Positions 17,630-27,574 of a stretch of 64,000 nt of DNA are shown in pieces (position 1 is the stretch's first letter; the number at the start of each line of letters is the position of its first letter). The DNA lies in the IMG/VR virus record IMGVR_UViG_3300034061_003277, positions 64,479 to 128,478 of that record, one strand, 5' to 3'. The translations under genes were made by a program, and so were the position numbers. The notes below the pieces were generated by a model. That model was not told the origin of the DNA, did no database searches, and worked only from the letters and a program-made list of their open reading frames with translations. The DNA comes from a virus. Lineage: Duplodnaviria > Heunggongvirae > Uroviricota > Caudoviricetes.

Positions 17630-20043
17630 TACAACCTCTTAACGAGCAGTTTGTTCGTATGCAAAAATTAGCAGGTGTTAAATCTACTAATATAAAATAT
17701 AATAAAGTCTTAGAAGGCATTAACATATATTCCCAAATAATGGGGTATAATATCCTAATTACAGAAGCAGATGGTGCCAAAACTAAATCTGTAGATAGTA
17801 AAGCTCAAGTTTGGTTTCAAGGTTTAGATGCTGTCTATAATGCTTTAGATTCTCAAGAGAAAGAAGAATTTGAAAAAGCATTCAAAAAAGCTATTGAAGG
17901 AATACAAGACCAAAATCTATCTCCAGATGAAGTAAAACAAGCTTTAAACCAAAATTTATCAGAGGCAGACGAAGAAAATCCTAATAAATCAGGCTATAAA
18001 TTCATGGCTCCTTTAAATAAATTCTTAGATTCAACCTCTGGGAAGATAAGTAAAGTAATTTTAGCTTTAACAATAGGTGCCGCTATTTTAGCTCCTAAAA
18101 TTGGTAATACTATAAAAGCACTCACACCTGACCAAGTTACTACTATATCTCATAATGTTGATATAGATCAAATTGGTGGTGGAGATGATAAAACAGTATC
18201 TTGGGATGACGCTAAAGCTGTTGGAGCTAACGACGGTGAGGGTAACTCATTACAAGACTTAGAAGATGAAAAAAATTCTTCTACTGAATTTGTTAAGTTT
18301 GAATACGGTAAAGGAAGTGAAAGTGGAATAGCACCTGAAGGTGATAAAGTTATAGATGATATAGCAACCCAGTTGCAAACATTAGACAATGCTGGAGGTG
18401 GTGAAGTCACTATAGATATAGACGGAGAAGCCTCAAACACAGGAAACGGCTCAGACACCCCAGATGATGGTGAAGGTTCATTAGCAGATAATAGGGCTGA
18501 GACAGTTAAAGCTAAAATCCAACAAAAAGTTGACCAATTAGGTTTAAAAAATATAAAAGTCAATGTAACCGCAGATGACACTCCAGATGATCATTATAAA
18601 ACTTTAAAGAAAACATCTAAAAAAGACGGGAATAAAGGAGCAGGAGCATTAGTTACTGTAACTGGTGATGTAGAATCTACAGAAACTACCACAACCCCAG
18701 ATGAGTTCGATAAAGACTTTAACCCAGCATTTAAAAGATGGGGTTGGGATTTCTCAAGAAAGAAAACAAATGAAAAACCAACAGACCAAGAAGAACCATC
18801 AGACGAAGAGTTACCAGACGAAGAAACACCAAAAACATCACCAAACACATCTGATAAAACTGGAGTAAAACTTCCCCCATTAGATATGTCTGACGTATCT
18901 AGTGAAAAGGCTACTCCTATCAAACCTACTCAAGTTAAACAAGATGTCACTAGTTTATCTAAACTAAACAGAAATGGACAAATAGCAATGGTTTTATCTC
19001 GTATGAGTCCTAAACTTAATATTTTTACACAATTAGGCAAAGATACCATTACTAGCCTTTCAGATAATGACTTTAAAAAAGTACAGGATAGTAATGCCCC
19101 AGAAACTGCTAAAAAATTAGCTAAACTTATCCCAAACCTTAGAAAATCACCAGATTCATTTCTGAAAAAAATATCTGCTCTTACTGGTGTTGAGTTGGCT
19201 CCAAGAGCTAAAGCAGTTGCTACTAAACCTGGAGCCAACACACAAGCCCCAATTACACAAGTAACTGAAGCTCAAATTTATTTACAAGAGGCAGCTATTG
19301 ATGATTTATTTAGTGAATTGGGAATAACACCTGAAGAAATTAAAGCTAACAGAGTAGCTATCATAGCATTATTAGGAAGTATGTATGCTGCGGAAGGAAA
19401 TACAGATGTTAGTATTGTAGATCCTTCAAAACTTTCTAAACAAGAACAAAAAGAACTTCAAGGTATGGGGTTTGCACCTCAAGATGGGGGCAACTATGTT
19501 TACCTACAACCAGGAGAAACAAAGTCGCAAGCTTATGATAGATCTCAAAAGAATACTAAAGACCAACCTGATGCAAATAAAATAGGCGCTGAAATAGGAA
19601 AAAGAAAAGATATACAGCGATACCTTAAATTAATTAATAAAAAAGATGAGCTTAAAGATCTAACTACAGGCATTATAGGTATAATTGATCCAAATTTAAT
19701 TAAAGACAAAGGAAAATTACGAAGCATAATGTTTGGTATGAGAAATAGAATTACAGAGGAAGAAAAAGATGCTTCAACAGCTATTCAAAATATTCTTAGA
19801 AATCCTACTTTAGTAACTCGTTTTAAAAATATTAACACTGTTGAAGAAGCCATACAAGTCATTCTACGCGAAATAATACCATACCTAAACCCAGATTTCT
19901 TAAAAAGAACATCAGAAATTAGAGGAGCTATCGTAGCCGCAGCTAATGAACTTACTAATGCTACTTCTAAAGATACTACTCAAACCCAACCAGTGAAAGA
20001 ATCATTTACAAGAATGCAAAAATTAGCAGGTGTAATTAAGTAA
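17626..20043 (+). CDS. 805-aa protein with hydrophobic helix, OmpA/MotB-like domain and MQKLAG motifs at both termini
   Basis: VILALTIGAAILA hydrophobic segment; FEYG...IDGEAS...SLADNRAETVK OmpA-like motif; NEQFVRMQKLAG and KESFTRMQKLAG. Confidence 0.6.
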   Translation: MIQPLNEQFVRMQKLAGVKSTNIKYNKVLEGINIYSQIMGYNILITEADGAKTKSVDSKAQVWFQGLDAVYNALDSQEKEEFEKAFKKAIEGIQDQNLSPDEVKQALNQNLSEADEENPNKSGYKFMAPLNKFLDSTSGKISKVILALTIGAAILAPKIGNTIKALTPDQVTTISHNVDIDQIGGGDDKTVSWDDAKAVGANDGEGNSLQDLEDEKNSSTEFVKFEYGKGSESGIAPEGDKVIDDIATQLQTLDNAGGGEVTIDIDGEASNTGNGSDTPDDGEGSLADNRAETVKAKIQQKVDQLGLKNIKVNVTADDTPDDHYKTLKKTSKKDGNKGAGALVTVTGDVESTETTTTPDEFDKDFNPAFKRWGWDFSRKKTNEKPTDQEEPSDEELPDEETPKTSPNTSDKTGVKLPPLDMSDVSSEKATPIKPTQVKQDVTSLSKLNRNGQIAMVLSRMSPKLNIFTQLGKDTITSLSDNDFKKVQDSNAPETAKKLAKLIPNLRKSPDSFLKKISALTGVELAPRAKAVATKPGANTQAPITQVTEAQIYLQEAAIDDLFSELGITPEEIKANRVAIIALLGSMYAAEGNTDVSIVDPSKLSKQEQKELQGMGFAPQDGGNYVYLQPGETKSQAYDRSQKNTKDQPDANKIGAEIGKRKDIQRYLKLINKKDELKDLTTGIIGIIDPNLIKDKGKLRSIMFGMRNRITEEEKDASTAIQNILRNPTLVTRFKNINTVEEAIQVILREIIPYLNPDFLKRTSEIRGAIVAAANELTNATSKDTTQTQPVKESFTRMQKLAGVIK

Positions 20044-20067
20044 CATATTTAAAATTTTAAAATAAAG

Positions 20068-20099
20068 TTTGGCCTTAGGGCCATTCTTTATTATTTTTA
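20068..20099 (+). promoter_or_regulatory. Host-sigma promoter with embedded hairpin (TTTG-N20-TATTTTTA)
   Basis: TGGCC-ttag-GGCCA hairpin between the -33 and -7 elements. Confidence 0.6.
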
Positions 20100-20105
20100 C
20101 AGTAT

Positions 20106-21395
20106 ATGAATAAGAAAATAGTTATAGTAGGAGCTGGTGTAGCAGGTATAAATGCTGCTACAAAACTAATCGATAATGGTTACCCAGGTGAATTAATTAC
20201 AATCATAGACAAAGGAAATGACCCACATAATCGTCTACCTGAAGAGGTAATGACAGGTATGCTAGGAGCAGGTGGGTGGTCAGATGGTAAATTAACATAT
20301 CATACTGCAATTGGAGGTGTATTATCAAAATATTGCGGTGAGGAAAAAGCAATGGAGTTAATGGATCAAGTTATTAATAACTTTAGACGTTTCCACCCTA
20401 AACCAGAAGAAATATTTTGCTCTGACCCACAAGCAGAACCTGATTTTATTAAACCATATTTTGGATTACGTTTATTCCCAGTATGGCATATTGGTTCAAA
20501 TTATCTACATGAAATTGCTAAAACATGGTATCAATATTTAGTTGATAATGGTGTTAATTTTATGTGGGGAACCGAAATTACTAATTTAAATCTAGCTAAT
20601 AGTTGGGTTAATTATGTTGATGGGTACGGAGAAAATGAGGCAATAACATATGATACTCTTATATTTGCTGTAGGCAAATCAGGTATTGATTTTGCTCAAA
20701 AAGTATCTAACCAATATGATTTACCAACAGAACCAAAATCAGTACAAATTGGAGTACGTTTTGAAGCACCACAAAAATACTTCCAAAAACTAATTGATGT
20801 AAGTTATGATTTTAAACTATATCAAAAGTTTGACAATGTATCATTACGTTCATTCTGCACTAACAATAATGCAGCATATGTAGCAGTAGAAAAAACATAT
20901 GGTGATATTAGTTATAACGGTCATGCTAAGAAAGGTGAAGAATTTAGAAATGATATGACTAATTTTGGTATCTTAATGGAAATTAAAGGTATTGAAAATC
21001 CATTTGAATGGTCACGTGAAATAGTAAGTAAATTGCAATTTAGAAATATTGGATTATATTATAGTCCATCTCGTACACCATCAAGAACATCTGAAGGTGA
21101 AAATGTTAATGCAGTTCAAATTTTTAATCTAAATCAATTTAAAGAAGTAATGGGTGAATATGCTGATTATATTACTAATTTTATTGATCAAATGAATAAA
21201 GTATTTGAATTTGGTGACGATTGGGGAATGTATATACCTGAAGTAAAATATTTAAGTCCTGAACCACTAGTTGATTATGCTAATTTAGCTTTAACTAACT
21301 ATCCTAATGTGCATTTTGTAGGAGACGCGTTAAGTGCTAGAGGTATAACAGTTAGTGGTGCACATGGAATTTACGTAGCAGAAAATTTATTATGA
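20106..21395 (+). CDS. FAD-dependent oxidoreductase (COG2509-like uncharacterised family)
   Basis: IVIVGAGVAG Rossmann motif, GAGGWSDGKL, IGVRFE, VHFVGDALSARGI. Confidence 0.85.
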   Translation: MNKKIVIVGAGVAGINAATKLIDNGYPGELITIIDKGNDPHNRLPEEVMTGMLGAGGWSDGKLTYHTAIGGVLSKYCGEEKAMELMDQVINNFRRFHPKPEEIFCSDPQAEPDFIKPYFGLRLFPVWHIGSNYLHEIAKTWYQYLVDNGVNFMWGTEITNLNLANSWVNYVDGYGENEAITYDTLIFAVGKSGIDFAQKVSNQYDLPTEPKSVQIGVRFEAPQKYFQKLIDVSYDFKLYQKFDNVSLRSFCTNNNAAYVAVEKTYGDISYNGHAKKGEEFRNDMTNFGILMEIKGIENPFEWSREIVSKLQFRNIGLYYSPSRTPSRTSEGENVNAVQIFNLNQFKEVMGEYADYITNFIDQMNKVFEFGDDWGMYIPEVKYLSPEPLVDYANLALTNYPNVHFVGDALSARGITVSGAHGIYVAENLL

Positions 21396-22438
21396 ATATA
21401 AAAATTGATTTTTCGACCAACTTTCCACTAGAGATAGGAACTCCAATCATTACAGCTTCCCCTGAAGTTGAAAGTGAAGTAAATTCATCTATAATAGTAG
21501 AATTCATAGATGATGAAACTAATAAACTAATAGATTTTAGATTAGTTAAACTTGATAATAAACCAGTCCCTGGGTTTAGACAATATTACACTAAATGGAA
21601 ATTAATTTTTAAAGATTTAGAAAGTAATATACTAGGAACTTATACTTTAGATCTAGAAAATAAAGTAGTATTCATTAAAATGGATGCTAGAGCATTAGGT
21701 GATAATTTAGCGTGGATTGATTATGTAGATCAATTTAGAGTTAAACATAAATGCCATGTAATATGCTCTACATTCTTTAATGAATTATTTGAACAAACAT
21801 ACCCAGACATAATGTTCGTGGCTCCCAACACTAAAATTACTAATGTCGCTGCTCAATATTATATAGGTACTAATAATAGTCCTAATAAAGTATACCAACC
21901 TAGTTTATATCTAAATAATCCATTACAAAAAATAGCTTCTGATATTTTAGGATTAGAATATAAAGAATCTAAACCAAAAATTAATTATCCTAATGTTCCA
22001 CGTAAGAAAAAAGTATGCTTAAGTGAGTATGCTAGTTTAAAAACTAAAGAATGGAATATTATAGGAGGATGGCAAGCCATTGTTGATTTATTTAATGAAT
22101 ACGGATACGAAGTTGTAGTAATTAGTAAAGAATACTCATATTTAAAAAATATTACTAACAAATCAGGTGATTATCCACTAGAAGATCGCATCAAAGATTT
22201 AGCTGAATCTGAGTTTTTTGTTGGTAATTCCTCAGGTTTATCATGGTTAGCATGGGGATGTGGTGCTCATGCGTTTTTAATTAGTGATTTTACTCCTCCA
22301 TATCATGAACCAACAGAAAATATTACTAGGATATATAATAAAAATCACCCTAGAGAAAGTATCAAATATGAAGAAGTATTACATCCTGTCTCAAAAGAAG
22401 ATGTATTAAAAGCTATAAAAGAAAAAATTCAAAAATAA
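21392..22438 (+). CDS. Glycosyltransferase resembling autotransporter O-heptosyltransferases (Aah/TibC-like, GT-B fold)
   Basis: ALGDNLAW..Y...F...HKC.V.C...LFEQTYPDI and FFVGNSSGLSWLAW motifs. Confidence 0.7.
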   Translation: MNIKIDFSTNFPLEIGTPIITASPEVESEVNSSIIVEFIDDETNKLIDFRLVKLDNKPVPGFRQYYTKWKLIFKDLESNILGTYTLDLENKVVFIKMDARALGDNLAWIDYVDQFRVKHKCHVICSTFFNELFEQTYPDIMFVAPNTKITNVAAQYYIGTNNSPNKVYQPSLYLNNPLQKIASDILGLEYKESKPKINYPNVPRKKKVCLSEYASLKTKEWNIIGGWQAIVDLFNEYGYEVVVISKEYSYLKNITNKSGDYPLEDRIKDLAESEFFVGNSSGLSWLAWGCGAHAFLISDFTPPYHEPTENITRIYNKNHPRESIKYEEVLHPVSKEDVLKAIKEKIQK

Positions 22439-22440
22439 AA

Positions 22441-22472
22441 TTTGGCCTTCGGGCCATTTTTTGTTATTTTTA
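22441..22472 (+). promoter_or_regulatory. Host-sigma promoter with embedded cUUCGg hairpin and U-tract
   Basis: TTTG-N20-TATTTTTA; TGGCC-TTCG-GGCCA-TTTTTT; 30-bp identity with 27567-27596. Confidence 0.65.
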
Positions 22473-22486
22473 CAAAAAAAAAGGTT

Positions 22487-23680
22487 ATGGCAAATTTACA
22501 AGAAGACCTATCACGAATAGGTAAACAATTAATGTTTAATGAACCGTTCTATGGTTTATTTTTATCAACACTTAATAAAGTTACAAGAAAAGACATACCA
22601 ACAGCTGGTGTGTGTAAACAAAACATTAACTATCAATTAGCAGTTAATGAAGAATTTTGGAATTCATTAGATAATGATAAAAAGAAAATTGGACTACTAA
22701 AACATGAATTACTTCATATATGTTTTAATCATTTAGAAGACAGAGAATGGTTCCCAAATCAAGAATTACATAACATAGCAGCAGATTTAGAAATTAACCA
22801 ATACCTAACACCAGAATATTACCCAACAGAAGGTATTATATTATTATCCTCATTTCCTGAACTAACTTTACCTGAAAAAGCAGGTACTAAAGTATATTAC
22901 AATCTACTGCAAAAAGCATTAAATGAAGGGACAAGTCCATCATTACAAGATTTAATGGATGGTTTAACAGGACCTGGGGAATTTGATGGTTTACACCCAA
23001 CATGGAAAGAATTTGATGGAATGAGCGAAGCTGATGCCAAATTAGCTAAAGCACAAATTGAACATCAAATTAAAGACATTGTTAACTCACAAAAAAATAG
23101 AGGATTCATACCAGCAGAATTACAAAGCTGGATTGATGGTATGTTCGAAGACTCAGAACCATCATATGATTGGAAAACATATTTTAGACGATTTTGTGGT
23201 ACATCATCAAAAACATACACTAAAAAAACAAGACGTAAACTAAACAAACGCTTCCAAGAAAACCCAGCATTAAAAATTAAAACTAAAAAGAAAATATTAG
23301 TAGGAGTCGACACATCAGGTTCAGTTGGCAATGATGATTTGATTGAGTTTTTTAGTGAGATTAATCATATGCATAAAACTGGCGTATCAATTACTATAGC
23401 TGAAGGTGACGCCAGTATCACTAATATATATGAATATAAAGGTGACATACCTAACCAAATAACAGGTAGAGGTGGTACTGATATGAATCCATTTATTGCA
23501 TATTTTAACGAGCATAAAGAGTTTAACAGTCTTATCATATTAACTGATGGTCATATAGGTGAAAATACAGTTAAGACGTTTAAACCAATGATGATGGTTA
23601 TATGCTCAAGTGGCGACGACGTAAAATCAGTAAAAGAAAATGGATGGGGCCACACAATTAAAATAGGTTTGGCTTCTTAA
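22487..23680 (+). CDS. DUF2201-like metallopeptidase + vWA domain protein
   Basis: KHELLH (HExxH), NIAADLEIN, MIDAS-type VDTSGSV, GRGGTD; start reassigned to ATG 22487. Confidence 0.85.
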   Translation: MANLQEDLSRIGKQLMFNEPFYGLFLSTLNKVTRKDIPTAGVCKQNINYQLAVNEEFWNSLDNDKKKIGLLKHELLHICFNHLEDREWFPNQELHNIAADLEINQYLTPEYYPTEGIILLSSFPELTLPEKAGTKVYYNLLQKALNEGTSPSLQDLMDGLTGPGEFDGLHPTWKEFDGMSEADAKLAKAQIEHQIKDIVNSQKNRGFIPAELQSWIDGMFEDSEPSYDWKTYFRRFCGTSSKTYTKKTRRKLNKRFQENPALKIKTKKKILVGVDTSGSVGNDDLIEFFSEINHMHKTGVSITIAEGDASITNIYEYKGDIPNQITGRGGTDMNPFIAYFNEHKEFNSLIILTDGHIGENTVKTFKPMMMVICSSGDDVKSVKENGWGHTIKIGLAS

Positions 23681-23699
23681 AAAAACGATGTTATCTTTA
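23668..23699 (+). promoter_or_regulatory. Host-sigma promoter (TTTG-N20-TATCTTTA)
   Basis: Same spacing as 20068, 22441 and 27575. Confidence 0.55.
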
Positions 23700-23713
23700 T
23701 AAAAAAAAAGGTT

Positions 23714-24910
23714 ATGGCAAAAGAAAAAACAAAAAAACACACAGAAGTGTCTCTGAATATTAAAGAGGCAAAACAATTCCTAAAACACATTATCAACAAT
23801 AACCGCTACCTACAGGAAAATGGTAAACTACCAGTAGCTGTTGAAGTAGTTGGTGACTCAGGTATTGGTAAAACATCAACAATTTTACAACTAGCAAAAG
23901 AAACAGATTTAAACTTTGTTAAGTTAAATTTAGCTCAAATTGAAGAGTTAGGTGATTTAGTAGGTTTTCCAATTCGCCAATTTGAAGTATGTAAAACAGA
24001 TAATGATTGTTTATGGATTGATGAACACGCAGTAGAAGAGTACACTAAACAAGGATATAAATTCACAGGCCTAAACCGTATGAGTTATTGTCCGCCTGAA
24101 TGGATTAGTGGTAAAACAAATGGAGGTATTTTATTATTAGATGACTGGAATCGCGCTGATGTAAGATTCATTCAAGCTGTTATGGAATTAATTGATAGAC
24201 AGCAGTATATTAGTTGGACATTACCTAAAGATTGGCATATCATTTTAACAAGTAACCCAGACAATGGTGATTATTTAGTTAATAGTATTGATAGTGCACA
24301 AAAAACACGATTTATATCAGTTAATTTAAAATTTGACATCAACTGTTGGAGTGAATGGGCTGAGAATGCTACAGTAGATAGTAGATGTATTAATTTCTTA
24401 TTAAAACACCCAGAACTAGTATCAACAAATACTAATTCAAGAAGTATTACAACATTTTTTAATTCAATTTCATCGTTAAATTCATTTGATAATGAATTAG
24501 GATTGATTCAAATGATTGGTGAGGGTAGTGTTGGATCTGAATTTACAACTATGTTCACAATGTTTATTAACAATAAACTAGACAAAATTATCTCACCAGA
24601 AACAATCATGACTCATGAAAGTAATGAATATATTTTAAATACTTTAAAAGGTATTATTGGTAAAGATGATAAATATAGAGCAGATTTAGCCTCAATTATA
24701 TCAACACGTTTGATTAACTTTAGCTTATTTTATTCTAAAAATAATAAAATCGAAAAGTCATATATTGATCGTTTAGCGTTTTTAATAAACGAGGAACTAT
24801 TAGCCACTGATTTAAAATATAAAGTAGTTAAATCAATCTATAATGGTGATACGTCATCATTTAAATCATTAATGTTAAATAAAACTTTAGTTACATTTTT
24901 AATGAAATAA
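23714..24910 (+). CDS. MoxR/dynein-related AAA+ ATPase
   Basis: Walker A GDSGIGKT, Walker B LLLDD-WNRA, IILTSNP, adjacent to the vWA gene. Confidence 0.85.
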   Translation: MAKEKTKKHTEVSLNIKEAKQFLKHIINNNRYLQENGKLPVAVEVVGDSGIGKTSTILQLAKETDLNFVKLNLAQIEELGDLVGFPIRQFEVCKTDNDCLWIDEHAVEEYTKQGYKFTGLNRMSYCPPEWISGKTNGGILLLDDWNRADVRFIQAVMELIDRQQYISWTLPKDWHIILTSNPDNGDYLVNSIDSAQKTRFISVNLKFDINCWSEWAENATVDSRCINFLLKHPELVSTNTNSRSITTFFNSISSLNSFDNELGLIQMIGEGSVGSEFTTMFTMFINNKLDKIISPETIMTHESNEYILNTLKGIIGKDDKYRADLASIISTRLINFSLFYSKNNKIEKSYIDRLAFLINEELLATDLKYKVVKSIYNGDTSSFKSLMLNKTLVTFLMK

Positions 24911-24914
24911 TATT

Positions 24915-26018
24915 ATGAATAAAGTATATAAAGATTTACAAATATCTAATGCTACTACCCATAGTGGAAAACGAACTCTTTTATCTTGGAAACAATATAC
25001 TCATATTATACCTGAGAATACTAAAAAAGAAATATATAGTATAGTTCAAAATGCTAAAGATAATAAACTAACTGACAACTCAATAGTATATCGTTCACCA
25101 TTATCTACATTACCCCCATATAAATTAAAAAGTTATATAACTGATAATAAATTAGATATTAAAACAGCTAGAAAATGGGAGAAAATAGACACTGTCATCA
25201 TTGACGAAATATTCATCAATCAGTTTTTTGAAAAAACAAGATGGGATTGGAGATTAAACCAATATGTAAAAGATGGAATGGAAGAACTTGTAGTCATCCC
25301 AACAGAAGCGTTATTAGATAACAGTAAATTTAAACAGCATATCGCATTCAACCAAAGGCCACTTGATGATTTAGAATATACTATTGAATCCCCTAAATGT
25401 ACTCATTTTATAATAAAAGAAAATGAGTTTCAAGAAATGATAAATGCTAACCCAGCATTTGCTGAGTTAAAAATATTAGGAGAGGTTATAAGAGGACAAG
25501 CATTAGAAAAAGAACATGGATCTAAACCATTAACTGACGCTTGTGATTTTTTATTAGATTTTGCTAATAATATATCCTCTTATAAAACTAAAGTAGTATT
25601 AGACTCATCGGTAAATAATGAAATTAATAAAGGATTAATTATTGATTCTGAAGTATTTCAAAACTTATACAATATGCTTAATAGTACTGATACTAGTAAC
25701 TATGAGATGGCTAAGGAAATTATTGCTAATTGTGAGTTTGACGCCTCTAAACCATATATTGTGGCTTTATACAACATATTTCCTGAACTACGAAAATCAA
25801 CTATGAATAAGAATTATAAAATAGTTCAAAAAATACTAGATAAATCCTCATTAAATATTCGTATGTCTACACGATATGGTACACCTACATTTGATCATTT
25901 ATTATCATTCTTTGGGGAAAAATGCCCTGAGCTATTACCTAATTTAATGCCTTGTTTAGTATATCATATTAATATAATATCAAAATCAAATCTTATTAAA
26001 GAAATAATTCTTCATTAA
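24915..26018 (+). CDS. Hypothetical protein (367 aa) in the vWA/AAA operon
   Basis: ORF follows the ATPase after a 4 nt gap. Confidence 0.65.
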   Translation: MNKVYKDLQISNATTHSGKRTLLSWKQYTHIIPENTKKEIYSIVQNAKDNKLTDNSIVYRSPLSTLPPYKLKSYITDNKLDIKTARKWEKIDTVIIDEIFINQFFEKTRWDWRLNQYVKDGMEELVVIPTEALLDNSKFKQHIAFNQRPLDDLEYTIESPKCTHFIIKENEFQEMINANPAFAELKILGEVIRGQALEKEHGSKPLTDACDFLLDFANNISSYKTKVVLDSSVNNEINKGLIIDSEVFQNLYNMLNSTDTSNYEMAKEIIANCEFDASKPYIVALYNIFPELRKSTMNKNYKIVQKILDKSSLNIRMSTRYGTPTFDHLLSFFGEKCPELLPNLMPCLVYHINIISKSNLIKEIILH

Positions 26019-26041
26019 TATTTATATGTAAATAATACTCA

Positions 26042-26524
26042 ATGGCCAATATAGTACTTTTAAGTTGTTCTAAATCCAAATTAGACCACGCTGCCCCAGC
26101 ACAAGAACTATATTCAGCCTCCCCAATGTTTAAAAAAACATTAGAATACGGTAAGTCTCTCAAACCAGACAAAATGTACATATTGTCCGCTAAACATCAT
26201 TTAGTACCCCTAAATAAAAAATTAGCACCATATGACAAAACATTGAAAGAAATGCCAGCAGATGAAAAAGAAGCTTGGGGTGAAGAAGTAGCAAAACAGA
26301 TGAAATCATCTGGGATTGATCTTAAAAATGATAATTTTATATTTTTAACAGGTAACGAATATCTTAAACCATTATTAAAATATATTCCTTCTGATCATGT
26401 ATCTAAACCGATGGAAGGTAAACGTTTTGGTCAACGTTTAAGTTGGTTAAATTCTCAAATCCAAAACGTAAAAGAAGTAGTATTAAAAATTAAAAATATT
26501 TTAAATGAAATCTTTAAAAAATAA
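26042..26524 (+). CDS. DUF6884-like protein
   Basis: IVLLSCSKSK...AQELYS.SPMF...YILSAKHHLV...PYDKTL pattern. Confidence 0.6.
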   Translation: MANIVLLSCSKSKLDHAAPAQELYSASPMFKKTLEYGKSLKPDKMYILSAKHHLVPLNKKLAPYDKTLKEMPADEKEAWGEEVAKQMKSSGIDLKNDNFIFLTGNEYLKPLLKYIPSDHVSKPMEGKRFGQRLSWLNSQIQNVKEVVLKIKNILNEIFKK

Positions 26525-26744
26525 TATAAACGAATGTATTAAACTTTATCTTAATGATCTAAATGATTATGAAGATGGAATTGAAGATATAATACTAGCA
26601 GAATATGTTTTAGGTAATTTTAAAACACTACTAACAGAATCTAACACAGATCCTAAAATCTTACTAGCGGAAGTTATCAATAACTCAACAACAGAACATA
26701 AACAAGTATTTAAAGACTTTTTAGAATATTTGGAAAATATATAA
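26505..26744 (+). CDS. Hypothetical protein (79 aa)
   Basis: ORF fills the gap with a short overlap; LLTE/LLAE motifs. Confidence 0.5.
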   Translation: MKSLKNNINECIKLYLNDLNDYEDGIEDIILAEYVLGNFKTLLTESNTDPKILLAEVINNSTTEHKQVFKDFLEYLENI

Positions 26745-26750
26745 CTTATG

Positions 26751-26781
26751 TTTGGCTTTTTATCTATAGACGTTATCTTTA
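26751..26781 (+). promoter_or_regulatory. Host-sigma promoter (TTTG-N19-TATCTTTA)
   Basis: Same architecture as the other early-type promoters. Confidence 0.55.
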
Positions 26782-26803
26782 TAGTAAATAAAAAATAAAA
26801 GTT

Positions 26804-27040
26804 ATGAGTATTGATCCAACATTACAAACAAAAAAGTTTACATCACCTGACGGCACAGTTCGTTATATTAAAGATGGTAAATTACACAACTGGGAAGGAC
26901 CAGCATTAATCACACCTGAAGGTAAAGAAGAGTATTATATCAATGGTACTCAACACACTAAAGATAGTCATAAAAAAGCTAGAAAAGACGGAGTTGGATT
27001 GCCGTGGTATAAATCAGGTGTCGCAAAACAACGATTCTAA
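26804..27040 (+). CDS. Small hypothetical protein with LHxxxGPA beta-repeat
   Basis: GKLHNWEGPALITPEGKEEYYING repeat type common in phages. Confidence 0.65.
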   Translation: MSIDPTLQTKKFTSPDGTVRYIKDGKLHNWEGPALITPEGKEEYYINGTQHTKDSHKKARKDGVGLPWYKSGVAKQRF

Positions 27041-27083
27041 TTTCTTTTGAATATTTATTGTAAACATACTAAAAAACAGGATA

Positions 27084-27551
27084 ATGAATAAAGAATTTCT
27101 TAAAATGCAAAAAATTGCTGGTTTAATCACTGAAGGTCAATATAAAAATAAATTAAGCGAAATTATAGGCGACATTGATGACACTCCACACCCAGATGGA
27201 GATTTTGACCCAATGGATTATGCTGACGACTATACCCCACCAGCATATGAAGCCATTAATGATTTAATGGATTATATACGCCAAGGTACCGGAGTTCGCG
27301 GTCAAATAAAACCATACCGTTCAATCTCTTGGCTACCAGGAGTATCAGCAGAAGATGGAGATATGGATATGTTGACCTATAAAAAAGGAAAACAAGAAAT
27401 AGCAATCGGAGCAGATGATGTATATCAAGACCCAAATGATGAGAATTTTAAATCATGGGTAATTGACTCAAACGATCCTGATCTTGATTTTGGAGAATAT
27501 TTAACTTTTAATGAAGTAGTAGATGCTGTTTCAAATTGGTTAGAATCATAA
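27084..27551 (+). CDS. Acidic hypothetical protein with scaffold-like MQKIAG motif
   Basis: MNKEFLKMQKIAGLITEGQY; TATTTATT at 27052. Confidence 0.7.
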   Translation: MNKEFLKMQKIAGLITEGQYKNKLSEIIGDIDDTPHPDGDFDPMDYADDYTPPAYEAINDLMDYIRQGTGVRGQIKPYRSISWLPGVSAEDGDMDMLTYKKGKQEIAIGADDVYQDPNDENFKSWVIDSNDPDLDFGEYLTFNEVVDAVSNWLES

Positions 27552-27574
27552 TCTAAAAAACATATTAAATAAAA

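Noticed and set aside
22442-22486. N-terminal extension MAFGPFF... of the vWA gene (and the same at 27576-27620)
   Set aside because: Artefact of a TTG inside the repeated promoter-hairpin cassette; ATGs at 22487 and 27621 follow the -7 element
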